The translations under genes and the position numbers were made by a program. The notes under the pieces were generated by a model. The model searched no databases. It saw only the letters and a program-made list of their open reading frames with translations, and was not told the origin of the DNA. Positions 37,748-50,868 of a stretch of 64,000 nt of DNA are shown here, in pieces. Origin of the DNA: the human T2T-CHM13v2.0 reference genome, Homo sapiens. Every line of letters begins with the position of its first letter. Within the stretch, counting starts at the first letter, position 1. The DNA is taken from NCBI RefSeq assembly GCF_009914755.1, contig NC_060947.1; one strand, 5' to 3'.

Positions 37748-38743
37748 ACAGAGGATTTCCTTTAGCCATGTTTCCAGGGTAGGCCTGGTAACAAAGTTTC
37801 TTAATTTTTCCTTCTCTGAGAATTTTTTTATTTCCCCATCATTCCTGAAGGATATTTTCACTGGATATAGGATTCTGGGTTGACAACTCTTTTATTTCAG
37901 GATGTGAAAAATATGTCATTTTTTTCTGGCCTCCATGGTTTCTGATGAGAAATCCACTGTCAGTTGACTTGCTTTTCCACTGTGAGTAATCATTATTTCT
38001 CTCTGACTGCTTTCAAAAGTTTTTATTTATTTTTAATAAAGAAAGTTTAATTATGACTTGTCATGAATTTCTTCGGGTTTATCTTACTTGGTTTTACTCA
38101 ACTTCTTGAACCTGGAGGTTTGTGTCTTTTGCCAAATTTGGGAAGTTTTTAGCCTTTCATTAGTCAAATACCTTTTCAGTCTCATTTTATTTCTCCTCTC
38201 CTTCTGAGGCTCTGATCATACAAATCTTAGATCTTTTTTTTTCTGTCCCACAGCTCTCTAATGCTTTGCTCATGTTTTCTTTTCAGCCTTTTTTTCTCTC
38301 ATGTTTATATCATGTAATTTCTGTTCCTCTATCTTGAAGTTCACTGATACTTTCCTCTGTCTTATTCTTTCTGCTGTTGAGCCCATCCACTGAGTTTTTA
38401 ATTCTGTTATTTTATTTTTCAGTTCTATAATTTCCAGTGTGTTCTTTTTGATATCTTCTATTACTTTGGTGAGCTTTCCTATTTTTATTTTTTTCAAGAG
38501 TATTTGTTGAAGCACTTTATGATGAATGGTTTAAAACCTTTGCCCAATAATTCCAACATCTGACATCTTGGTGTTGATATATGTTGACTGTCTTTTCTCA
38601 TTCATGTTGTGATTTTCCTGGTTCTTGATATGATGAGTGATTTTTAAATTTTTATCCTGGACATTTTGGATATTATGTTAGGAGGCTCTTATTTCAGTCT
38701 CCTATTTCAGTAGGCAGGCTGTTTAGGTTTAACATGTAGGATC

Positions 38744-39184
<441 letters not shown>

Positions 39185-40029
39185 TCACACAGGGGCAGAA
39201 TGTACTTACCCAGGACTGATGCTGGTAGGTGGGGGTGGAAGATACCAGGCCTGTGAGGGAAGAAAGCTCTTCCCCTGGCCAGGTGCCTGTGAAACTGTCA
39301 CTTGATTTCTACCAGTGCCCCCAGTGTTGGCAGAAGGTTCTTTCCTAGGCCTCTCACTGAGTTCCTCTAGGTAAGGGATGAGAGATACCGTGTTGCAGGG
39401 CAGAGGGTGCCTCACCTGGCCAAGTCTCTGGATAGCCTGGTGCCAACAGAGCTCCCATTCTATCTCTGCCAGTGCCACCAGGGAAAGAAAGGCCACCTTC
39501 TGTCACTGGGTGGAGGGCTGGGAGACATCAGATCTGGGTTGCCTTCTGCCAGTGAGTGGAGGGTCGAGAAATGTTGATCAACCCCCTTTTTAACACAGAA
39601 TCCAAAATACCAAAAGCTCAAAGAATCCCTATTTGTTTCGGCAGCACAGGACTCATTTCCAGGTGCAAGGTATGAGAGTGGGGTCTGGGAGTCTGGGACC
39701 TAGTCACATTTCTTGTCTTTGGACAAGTCACTTTGCTTATCTAGGCTCAAGTGTCTCTCCTCAGCAGAATAAGTTGCAAGTGGCACCTCCTTCCCACGGT
39801 TGTGTAAAGGTTTAAATGAGCTGTGGTCTGAGATGCCGCAATCCCTATGCCCGCTGTGCAGGCCCTTAACAAAGGGGTATGGGTAAAAGGTTGAGGCAGG
39901 GCAGCCTGAAACATCTTCTTCTCCACATTTTCAAAATTACAAACTCTTTCAACTCTTTATAAACAGTCAATTATAAACTCTTTCAAACTCTTTATAAACA
40001 GTAAAGTAGGGAGAAAATGTCAGATCTTC

Positions 40030-41090
40030 ACATTTTGCCACATTTGCTTCAGATCTTTTCTAAGAAACAGGTCATTATACATCCAGTTGTGAGCTCTGCC
40101 CCTACCCTGGCCTAGAGGTAGCCAGTGTCCCAAACTGTCTGTTTCCAATTCCCATGCATGTATTTATATTTTACCACATACATATACATCTATAAACAGT
40201 ATATAATATTGTTTTGCATGTTTTAAGCTGTATATAAATGGCATCATACTGTGCATACATGTTCTGCAAATTTCTCTTTTTATGCAAATTTAGAGTGTTA
40301 TGATTGGTCCAAAAGAAGACTGGCCAAGCAATAGAGATTAGACATGATATTCATGTAAAGGCATTTGATATGAGTAGAGAGCAGAAATGTGTGAATAAAG
40401 ATATATAATAATATAAGAGATAAAATAGGACATAATGGTATATATAGGAGATAAAGATATCAAGGTATATAACAACATAGGAGATAAGACTAAGTAAGAG
40501 AACCAAGAAAGCAGAGAGGGTGATTAGCTGTGAGAAAAAAAACATACAGAGGCCAAGATACCAGTTTGTAGAAGCAGAAGTGGATTGGCTGCCCAAAGAA
40601 GCCCTTAGTTGAAGGACCTTTTCTCCTCTGCTTTCCTTTCCTTCCCTTCCCTTTTCCTTCCCTTCTCTTTTCTTTTCCTTTCCTTTCCTTTCCTTTCCTT
40701 TCCTTTCCTTTCCTTTCCTTTCCTTTCCTTTCCTTTCCTTTCCTTTCCTTTCCTTTCCTTTCCTTTCCTTCCTTGTCTCTCTTTATTTCAATTAGGAAAG
40801 GGAAAGTGATCTTGTGCAACACGACTCTTAGGGATAGTTGGGAGGATTAGAGTAGTCTCAACCTGAATTTGCGGCTTGTGTCTGAACTTTCTCTTTTTAA
40901 CATTATGCTTTTGAGATTTATCCATGTTGATACACGAGTTAGAGTTTAGTCATTTTAACTGCTGTACACTATTCCATGTAATGGCTGTACCACAATTTAT
41001 TTAACCATTTTCCAGTTGTTAGACATTTAGGTTTCCTCCAGTTTTTCCCTGTTTATAAACAATGATGCTATCAAATGCCTCTTGAAGCAT
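40030..41090 (-). mobile_element. L1ME 3'UTR remnant in two pieces (40030-40290, 40890-41090)
   Basis: 'gttttgcatgttttaagctgtatataaatggcatcatactgtg' ... 'ttttgagatttatccatgttgatac...cattttaactgctg...taccacaatttatttaaccatt'. Confidence 0.7.
40620..40780. repeat. Polypyrimidine tract with pure (TTTCC)19 core (AAAGG on the - strand)
   Basis: Pure pentamer array at 40674-40768. Confidence 0.95.
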
Positions 41091-42439
41091 TTGAGAAAGT
41101 CTACAACTTCAAGTTCAGTCAAGTGTAGTGGCGTACACTTCCAATCAATAATCCCGATGATGTGGTGTCTGTAGGAAATCTTGGTAAGGTCCATTAACCA
41201 CAATCTGGCCCATTTTGGTTGGATGGGAGCTCGTTGCACCAGGTCAGCTGCGTCCTGTGTGGAGTTGTGGGTATTGAGGACTCAGCCAGAGACCCCATGA
41301 TACGTTTAGGACTCATGTGTGCATCTTCTTTACTCATTCTCAATCCCTTGGCCTCATCTCATCTCATTGTGGCCTGTTAAAAGTCCTTTAGTCCCTGTCA
41401 CTTTCGTGTCCACAGTCTGCAGTACATGACATACCCTTGGTGTCCCTCCCTCTGCCATTCTTCATTTGTTAGCCTGCAGCCCTGTGGCCCCAGGAAAGGG
41501 GAAGGGCCTAACATTTATTGAGCTCTACTCTGTACCCCAACACCAAGTTAAGTGCTTTTAGATACCTCGTCTCATTAATGGTCCCAGCCACCCTTCCAAG
41601 TAGTTATTATCATTTCCATTATAGAGATGAGGAAACTGCCACCAAAATAGGTTCAGCAAGTGCAACATTCATACCTATGGGATGGGGATTGGTGTGAGGC
41701 AGAGTTCAGCTTGGGGCTACAGGCAGCCTTTGATCGAGGAATTGAGTTTATCTCTCTCTTTGGGGTTTTGTTGACCATCCTGTAACAGGAGACACTCCTG
41801 TTAGGGAATGTGCCCTAATGTTCCCTTGACAGGGTAAGCCCAAGGAATCAGCGCTGGATGGGAACACAGATCATATCCATGCTTTGGGATCACAGTTCCA
41901 CATTTCATTTACCATACCCTCCCACTCTCTCACACACACATACTCTCTTACTAACTCAGACTAACAAACGGCCCTAACACTTATTAACTGTGTGAAATAT
42001 GTCACTTGACCTAGAGGTACCTTGTTTAATCCTCATTCACACTCTGTAATGAAGTATCGTGATTTCCATTTTTTTCAAGTTTGGACATTGAACCTCAGAG
42101 AGGTTAAGTTACTTGCCCTGGATCCCAGAGCTAGGATGTGCTGGAGGCCACATTCTAAACGAGAATGATGTGGGTGGTCCCTGGAGCACTCCAACCACAA
42201 ACTGAAGTTCAAGTGTCACTCTCCATGGTCAGATGAGCTTCGTTATTTTATTCCAGGAGCATCCCCTGAGCACGTGCAGTGTGCCAGGCTCTGTGCCAAG
42301 CACTCAGTGCCAAATGAGATTGACTCCACAGAGCTGTCACTTTGGGGAAATTAGAAATGCTCTGATGCCACCCAACTTGCTTCTGGCCCTCATAAAAGAA
42401 AAGTGCTTTATAACTCCCTGTTCATCCCTTGAGTCAGTC

Positions 42440-42810
42440 AGTCATTGTATCACTTACTCAACAAGCATTCGAGTGTTCCCTGTGTAAAGGCCCTGCGCTA
42501 GGAGCTGGAGATTCAAAGATGAGGAATGCCCAGTCCCTACCCTTGAGAAACACATAATTTAGAAGCAGAAACAGACATATAAACACATAATTATAATGCA
42601 GTGGATAAATGATGACAGAGCGTTGGGCTAGATGTAGTGAGAATTCAGAGGAGGAAGTCCCTAACTTTGCTTGCATGAGTTAAGGGAGGCTTCCAGGGGA
42701 AGGGAGGTTTCAGTTGGGTCTTAAAGGATGGATAGATGTTTTCTAGGTAGGCTGTAGGATGGCATTGCACACATAAAGGCGAATATGGAAGTCTGTTTTG
42801 GGAACAGTAA
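42440..42810 (-). mobile_element. L2 fragment
   Basis: 'cacttactcaacaagcattcgagtg...ctaggagctggagattcaaagatgagga...cttaaaggatggatagatgtttt'. Confidence 0.65.
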
Positions 42811-42825
42811 GTAGCTGATATAAAT

Positions 42826-43198
42826 CAGGGATCTCAGCTGAAGGCTAAGAGGGCCCAGGAAGTTAACATAAGTGAGTGAAGCAGGTCACATACAAAGATC
42901 CACACGAACATTATCAGTGGCCCTCCGTGCTCAGAGTACCATAGGGATGTGTGCGGACCGTGGGAAACTGGAGAGTCTGCACCCTGTCTAAGGGAACAGC
43001 TGCTGCTGAGCTCTGCTGCTAGTTGTCATATGGAATTACTGGCCCAGTGTTGCTACATTTTCCAGTTTTACAAGAGATGCCAGAAATCCAGATTTCTAAA
43101 ATGTAAAATATTGTCGCTTTTCAACATTGACAACGATTTCACATTTGTAAGCTACACCATCAAAACATGTCTTCCAGCCATTCCTCTGCAGCCTCAGG
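42826..43198 (-). mobile_element. MER102 hAT-Charlie DNA transposon
   Basis: Reverse orientation of the element at 3548-3910: 'ggcccagtgttgctacatttt...aagagatgccagaaatccagattt'. Confidence 0.7.
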
Positions 43199-44984
43199 AG
43201 AGTGGAGGGGGCTGGAAAGAAATGGAACTGGGAAGGGAACCAGGGCCAGGCACCCTGCTCTTCTCCTCCGCACACAGTCCAGACCCTGGGTGATGCAGAA
43301 GTTCAGCCACCTGACTTTCAAAATCTGCTTTTGAACAGAAGACAGCACAAATAAGGTTTAAGAAACTGGAGAAGAAAACAATCAGGGGAGGGTTTCATGG
43401 CATGTCCCTCTTTCCCTTTCTGGGTTCAAATGTTTTATGTATGGCTCATTTACTCATTGGATTCTGGCCCCCAGCTATAAATTCTCTGCAGGCCATGGCT
43501 GGGGTGGGATGAAAGCTAAAGGAACATGAGAACGGTGAGGTGAGGTCGTGCGCTCGGGAGCCACCCACGCTGGATGCTGCTAGCCTTCTGTTTTCCCGCA
43601 ACCCTCAGGTCTGGGTTTCCCTACAAGGTCTGCCAGCCCTGACAGAAACAGCTGCTACAGATCCCAAGTGCTTTCTCTCTGCAAAGCAGGAATACACTGG
43701 CCTACAGTGGAGACTGGAAGTGTCTGGAGGCCTTGTCTGGGGACAAGGGCCTTGCAGGCATCATGGATGAAGCCACCCTCTCAGGCCCTGCCCCCAGATG
43801 TTCTACTTTTCTATCCCGATCTCTCTCTTCAATCCCTAGTCCCTGTGATTTCAGCAGGAAAATATCTAGAATTGTGTTCAAACCACAGGGTCAGGCAGAG
43901 TGAACTTGTTTTTGAAACAAAAACCTGAAGCTCTGCTCTTTGGGCTCTGAGTGAATGTGGCTCTGCAGTGGCCGGCAGCCCGGTGTGCTACCTCTGCGAG
44001 AGATTGGCAGTCCCAGTTCACCCCCATCGGGGTCTAGGATGAACCAGTCACCAGCTAAGTTTCTGGCCTCACTGCTTCCTCACGCCCTACCCTGCCTCAT
44101 GTCCACTTCCTCTCTGAAGACAGGACTCAGTTGTTCTCTGTCTTCTTTGCTTGTGAGTTGGTCCTAGCTCCCCACTCTTTTTCAGGCCAGTAGCTGCCTG
44201 GGGTGTAAGGGCTAGACTAGGGTGGTGTGTCCTGGAGCTAGAAGGGGGGTTAGAACTGGACCACACCTAATTGTCGGCAGTAATGGGAGGAGCTTGAGGC
44301 AGAGGATTTAAGAGGCAGACTCTTGGGAAGAGGCTGAAAAGCAGAGTGTCTGGCCAAGAAGACAATCCCTGAGCCAAAAAAAAAAAAAGGAGCTGCAAGG
44401 ACTTTGTAGAGTAAGCAAGGAGCCTTGGGCCTGGATGGAAGATGTGGGCCTATATTGTGTGCCCGGTGCATTGTAGGTGCTTTGTTGAATAAATAAATGA
44501 AGGAAGGAATGAACCAGGTGTAGACATGTAATTTAAGGTTCTCCCACACCCAAGTCAGGTAGCTTTCCTGTTCAGAAGTTTTTGGTTACCCTCTCACTCC
44601 CCACACATCTGTTCTGTGCCAGGCCTGGACTAGGTATGTAGGGTGGCGAGGCAAAGAGAGAGGGGAGTGGGACTCAGTCCTGCCGCTGAGGTTCCCACAA
44701 TTGATGTGGGGAAGATGGGCATGGCCACACACAGCTGCAATGCGCTGTTTCCTGACTTTTGTGAGTCTCAACTCCTGCAGACCTGCTACCTCTTTCTACA
44801 GCCAACTTACTAGCACTTCCTTTACTACCCTAAAATGAAACTCCTAGAAAATATAACCCATGCACACACATAATTTCACCCTGAAGACACTGCTTGAGGT
44901 CTCTGCAAATTGAACTAGGTTAAACTTTGGACATCAGTATCAATCACATGCTAAATGTTATTAATGATATTATTAATATTAATA

Positions 44985-45220
44985 TATATTGCTTATTGAG
45001 AATGTCCTGTGTTGCCAGGTACTTTCTACATATTGTTTTAATCTTTGTACTAACTCCATGAGGTAGACAATGTTACCATCCCCATTTTACACACAAGGAA
45101 AGAGAGGTAATGAAAAGTTTCCTTAGGAAATTGCCTGAAGCCACACAGTAAATGGCTGAGCCGGGATTCGACCCCAAGCACTCTAGCCTCAAACCCGTAC
45201 TCTTTCCATGATACTTTGCT
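44985..45220 (-). mobile_element. MIR SINE
   Basis: 'actccatgaggtagac...atccccattttacac...ccacacagtaaatggctgagccgggattcgaccccaagc'. Confidence 0.8.
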
Positions 45221-46118
45221 CCCTCAGAAACAGCTTCTTTAGTACAGACCCTTTTCTTAGGGGCTGCCATGCATCAAAATACCCTGAGACCTCCTCTTGG
45301 CCGATGTGGTCCCTGTCCCTCTTGAGCCACACATGTTGATTATTCTGGCAAATATTTACCCTCCATTTTACCTGGGTTCTACTTTCCTGAGCCCTTGTTT
45401 TTCCCCCTCTCCAGGCAACTGGAAATTCAAGTTTTAGGTAGGCTATTTCTTAGACAGGAGTGGAGATTCTGCAAGTACTAAATAAACTGACCAAGCCACG
45501 AGGAAACCGGCTGAGTCCTACGTGAGAACATGAAGGTGTGGGTTTGTTCTGCCAAAGTTTATTGGACTCCCCTTTATGTCATACACTCCCTGTGTTATAT
45601 TGGGGATACAGAAATAAATGAAGCTTGGTCCCTGTCCTGAAAGCTACCAGGCTAGTTGAGAGGACGGTGGGGAGTTATTTTCAGAGGGACATGGCCAGTG
45701 CTGTGGTCACGGGAGAGAAGAGGATGGAGCTGAGGAAACACAGGTCAATGTTAAGCCCAGCAGACTAGAACCCAAGGCAGGATTACTGGCACAGTGGGCA
45801 AAGCGAGTGCAAATCAGGAACCTAAAGAAGTGGAAGCAGATGTTCAGGGCCAATATGGCTACAGTGGAGGACATTGTGGCTTTTTGGATTCTTGCTTGCT
45901 TGGGGCTCACTTGAGACAACCAGATTTAGGGCAGCTGACTGAATCCAGATTCCACCCAATTTTTGGAATTCTTCCCCCTAATCAAGTGGCAGGGAAGGTC
46001 CTGCTCCTAAACAAGAACTTACAACCACTTCAGCATGAGCATCAACCAGTATCCTTGTCAGGTGGCCCCCATTCCTCTACATTCCTGGATGGTTTGGGAT
46101 CCCACAGAACTCTAATGA

Positions 46119-46591
<473 letters not shown>

Positions 46592-48459
46592 AAGAAGAGT
46601 GGCCCAAGGTAATTTTCTAACTGATGTGGCACTGGCTGCATAGCATGCTAGAAGCCCCCACGTGGAGCTATCTGGCCATCAGGGTCCAAGCTGACACTGG
46701 GAAGAGGAGCTGGAGACAACTAAGACCCAGCAGCCTTCCCAGCATCTAGCACACATAACAGCCCAAGTCAGGGCATGAGAAGCAGTCTGAATACAATGTC
46801 AAGAGTCACAGGGGTGTGGGAAACACTCAAGGCAGGTCTGCTACAGATGACTGTACTTGGGGAGTGCAGGGGAGCAGGGTGAAATAGCAGTCCTGGGCAT
46901 ACAATGGGAGGGATTAGCAGAGTCCCAGCAATGAGGGAAGGAGGGGCTGGCAGGAGCCAGACAGACCAGCGTGGCTCCCCAGCTGCCAGCTGAGGCTCAG
47001 GACTAGGTGCCAGGTCCCTTGTGGTGGGGTTGCTGGAGAGACCAAGGATGTTGGCCCGACACACAGTGGCCAGTCAGGAAAACCAGCCCCTCGTGGCAGG
47101 GGTGGAGGGGTGGTGGGAGGTGGGAGGCCCCCGTGGCCTCTGGGGCTCAGCTTGCTTCCAGGCTCAGAGGCATCACCCAGGGCAGCATACACTATTTGCA
47201 GTCCCCCTCTTATACCACTTTCTGAGGAGGGAACCCCCCAGTCCCCGGTCAGACTGGATTCACTCTGATTCCAGAGCAGGGCCAGTTGAGCAGGAAGAAG
47301 GGCTTTGACCTTCCCTGCTTACGGAGACAGGCCTTGGCCAGGCAGAGACTGACATATAAATAGCTTTTTATTCACTCAGAGCTTTAAGATGACCATGTGT
47401 GCCTTTTCGTATTGTGTACAGACCGCATACCTATGGCCCGCACAATTTGCATTTGTGCAGGGATATGGCAACAGTAAAAGTCTGCCAAACTGCTTTCATT
47501 TTTCTGATATGACTGAGAACTTCCCAGTGCCAAGGGCCCAAATGGGAACTCCCCCAGTTTTCTTAAGCTCCCTTCATAGACAGGTATAAACACCTAAACA
47601 GAGCTGCAGACAACCCCCACTCCCTCACCCTCATTCAGGGAGACAGTATCATGTTCATGGCCAATGAAAATCAAGACTGTCTCATGGAAACAGAGGGGCT
47701 CACCCGCATTGGTCCTGGGATGTTGCTAAGCACTTTCATTGGTCTGTTTCCCCGAATTCCCTAGGTCCTGCATTTCTAACCTTTTAAGGTTTGGAGTTTC
47801 TTTGCTCCTAGGCCGGCCCACAACCTCGTCTGATAGGTAAAGGACAGAATCTCTTAGACAACACCAGGCAACCTGTCTTCCCAGAAAAGTACTAAATGGC
47901 ACTAGACTCTAAAATTCATCCCTAAAATTCTAAGAGCCATAAGGCAGCTCCATATACTGAGTAGAGGCATTGACCAGGCCAAGGGCTGCAAGTGGCAGAC
48001 AGCTTGTGCTTCCCAGTTCCTGCATCTTTAAAACAAAGAGAAAAATACTCCTTGTACCTCCTGAGGGCTGATATGAGAGCAAACTAACTAATCAGAGTGA
48101 TCACGATGCACTTTGCCAATATAAAAGTGAGCCGGCAGTGCTCATTATCGCTAAGGAATCTAGCCCATTTCCTCCTCTTCCTGTGGTTACTAATGCAGAA
48201 GGCTTATTAAAGTTGAGAGTCTGGTGGTGCTGATAAATGGGCCATGCCATCTGGATTCTGGCTCCCAAGTCCTAGACTGAGGATTATGCTCTCTTCCCTG
48301 GGGACATTTCAAGGACGGACACTGCAGAGAAAGGTTTCAGGGATCACCTTTGCCATGTGTTTCTGGTTCTCGGTGTCTTTACATTGCTGGCAAAGCACCT
48401 TTTGCTGGCCCAGAGCAAGATTCAGATGGAGCAGATAAATGAGTTGCCGCTGTGCTGCA

Positions 48460-48655
48460 CTGGGCTGGTTTCTCTTGTAAGTCTTTTTTCATTTAAGCCC
48501 CCAAACAACATTATTAATTTGGTATTGTTATTAGTAACAACAGAGTTGTGCAGATGGAAAGACTGAGATTCAGAGAGGTTAAGTGACATCTCCAAAGTCA
48601 CAAAGCTAATAAGTGGCAGAGCCGGAATTAAAACTTAGGTTTGTTTAACTCAAAA
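48460..48655 (-). mobile_element. MIR SINE
   Basis: 'cagatggaaagactgagattcagagaggttaagtgacatctccaaagtcacaaagctaataagtggcagagccggaatt'. Confidence 0.8.
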
Positions 48656-49684
48656 TGCACTGTGATGAGCACACACAATAGCTGTCATTCACCTTGAAGG
48701 TGGTGAAGTTAAAACATGGTTGCACCCTTATTTCCCCTCCCAGCACCCCCACCCCTGGCCACAACATACACATCTCACTTCATCATCCTCTTCAGCCACC
48801 ATCCTGAAACCATACCTAGAAGCCTAGTGCCCTCAGCTTTCCCCAAAGGGTCTCCACACTCATGCTCTCCTTACCTGTATTTGAGTTTTTATTTCTCAGT
48901 GGTTGTTGTGGCAAGGAGGCAAGGGAAAAGGGAGCTATTACCTATTGTGTTTCCCAGTTTTGCAGACTTTGCTCAGTAAACTGTTCCACGGAGGCCATCG
49001 ACATTGGAGGCTGACTTACTATGTTCCCATTCTCAGGGACTTTGTCTTCTCACAGGGAGCAATGGCTATGGCCCAGGAATGAAGCTTTCCAATAGTGGAA
49101 GTTTAGGCAACAGCCACTGGGTGACAGAGAAGACACTCTGGAATCTTTCTCTTGCTCCCCCAAATCCTATCTGCCTATACTGAGACTGGTCCTGACTGTG
49201 AAATTTTTAGCTCAATAGTTGTCTCCCTAAATTGGGTTCCAGGGAGTCCATATGCAAATGTTTCCTGATGAGAACCATCAGGAGATTTCTCCCAAACATT
49301 GTGAGGCCCAGAGTGCTGGGCTGGGTATAGAGAAGGGTGGCCTCATGCTATGGTACAGCATTGTGCCAAGGCCAGCTCCTAGGGCTAGCAGCCTTTGAGA
49401 CTGCCCAGTCAGTTCAGATCAGTGGAGCAAGTCTAAATAGGGCAAAGAGGAGGCAAGATGGGAAGCCAAGAGTGTCAGGAGGTAAGGGTTGCCAACTCCA
49501 CTAAGCAGAGGGATGTACTCTGAGGGCTCCAGGAGCCAGCCAGGCAGTGGCCAGAAGCCTTCTTGGTAGGGCCTCCATCCTGAGACAAACCTTGGTTCCA
49601 CAGATAGCTAACCCAGACCTGTCTGTCCACACTGGTTCAGTGCCATTAAGAGTTCACTGCCCTTAACTGTGCCTTTCACACTCA

Positions 49685-49689
49685 TGATG

Positions 49690-49724
<35 letters not shown>

Positions 49725-49850
49725 GCAACATTTTGAGTGCCTACTATATGGCAGGCATTACACTAAACATTTATTGGATTAACTCACTCAGTCCTCACAA
49801 TAACCCCATAAGGTAGATACTATTTTCTCCCCCTAATAAAGATGAGGAAG
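49685..49850 (-). mobile_element. MIR fragment preceded by a (TAA)~10 microsatellite
   Basis: 'taataataataat...aacattttgagtgcctactatatggcaggca...tcctcacaataaccccataaggtagatact'. Confidence 0.8.
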
Positions 49851-50451
49851 CTTTTTCCTAATTCTCCTATGCATCCGAGGAGGCATGGAGAGATTAAGTG
49901 AGGTTCCCACACTTGGGTTCAAGGAAAAGGTGGTTATTAGGAAGGAATGGGAGCCAGAGTGCGTGTGGGTAGGGGTAGCCTTTAGAAAAGTTGAAGGACA
50001 TGTTGTCACGAAGGGGAAGATGCAGATAACTTTATTGTTTGGGGAAAAGTGACAGAGCTCCTGTCCAATGGCCACCACTTTCTCGGAATTCAAGAGGCTG
50101 CATTCTCCTGCTTGAGAAAAGGTGACATAATGCCACTGGGGTCCTGAGGAGAGTGCTGATGCTCTATCCCCACTGTTTGCATGTGTCCCAGCCCAGCAGA
50201 CTCAAAAACTCTCTCTGGGATGCTGGAGTTGGGGTTAGAGGGCATTTCTCCTCCATGGTGACAGGAGAAATGTTGTCAATATTTCCTGTAGGCAACACCA
50301 GGGCGGGGCAGCAGCTTGTTTCTGGCTTCAGGCTTCTTGGACTTTACTCGACCTGTTTCAGGAAGGTAGAAAAGCGTGTGCCTCCCTGTCTGAAGCAGTC
50401 GAAATGTTCCTGATTAGAACACAGAGTCTTTGCACACAGAATAATATTCAA

Positions 50452-50570
50452 GGCCAGGCACAGTGGCTCATGCTTGTAATGTCAGCTACTCAGGAGGCTG
50501 AGACAGGAGGATTTCTAGAGGCCAGGAGTTCAAAGTTATAGTGAGTTATGCTTGCCCCTGTCTGTAAAAA
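50452..50570 (+). mobile_element. Monomeric Alu (FLAM/FRAM-like)
   Basis: 'ggccaggcacagtggctcatgcttgtaatgtcagctactcaggaggctgagacaggaggat...ccaggagttcaa'. Confidence 0.8.
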
Positions 50571-50571
50571 T

Positions 50572-50719
50572 GAGGAAGAAGGAGGAGAAGAAGGAGGAGA
50601 AGAAGAAGAAGAAGAAGAAGAAGAGGAAGAGGAAGAGGAAGAGGAAGAGGAAGAGGAAGAGGAAGAAGAAGAAGAAGAGGAGCAGGAGGAGGAGGAGGAG
50701 GGGAGGAGGAGGAGGAGGA
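50572..50719. repeat. Compound GA-rich microsatellite (GAA)n/(GAGGAA)n/(GAG)n
   Basis: About 148 bp of almost pure purine on the + strand directly after the Alu monomer. Confidence 0.95.
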
Positions 50720-50849
50720 TTCAAAATTCACCTGAGAACTTGTTGCTGTCTGTTGGCTTCTTGCCAGGGAAGGCCCTGCTGTGATCCAGGGCAAAGTGGA
50801 CTGGCAGGGGCTATGAAGCAGGGATGGCAGCCAGAGTGATAACAGAGTG

Positions 50850-50868
50850 CTCCCAGCAGGTGGCGAGG
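50850..50868 (+). promoter_or_regulatory. Candidate CTCF-binding motif
   Basis: CTCCCAGCAGGTGGCGAGG contains the core CCAGCAGGTGGCG. Confidence 0.4.

Noticed and set aside
40490-40822. ORFs with (GKERK)n or (FLSFP)n repeats
   Set aside because: Translation of the TTTCC microsatellite.
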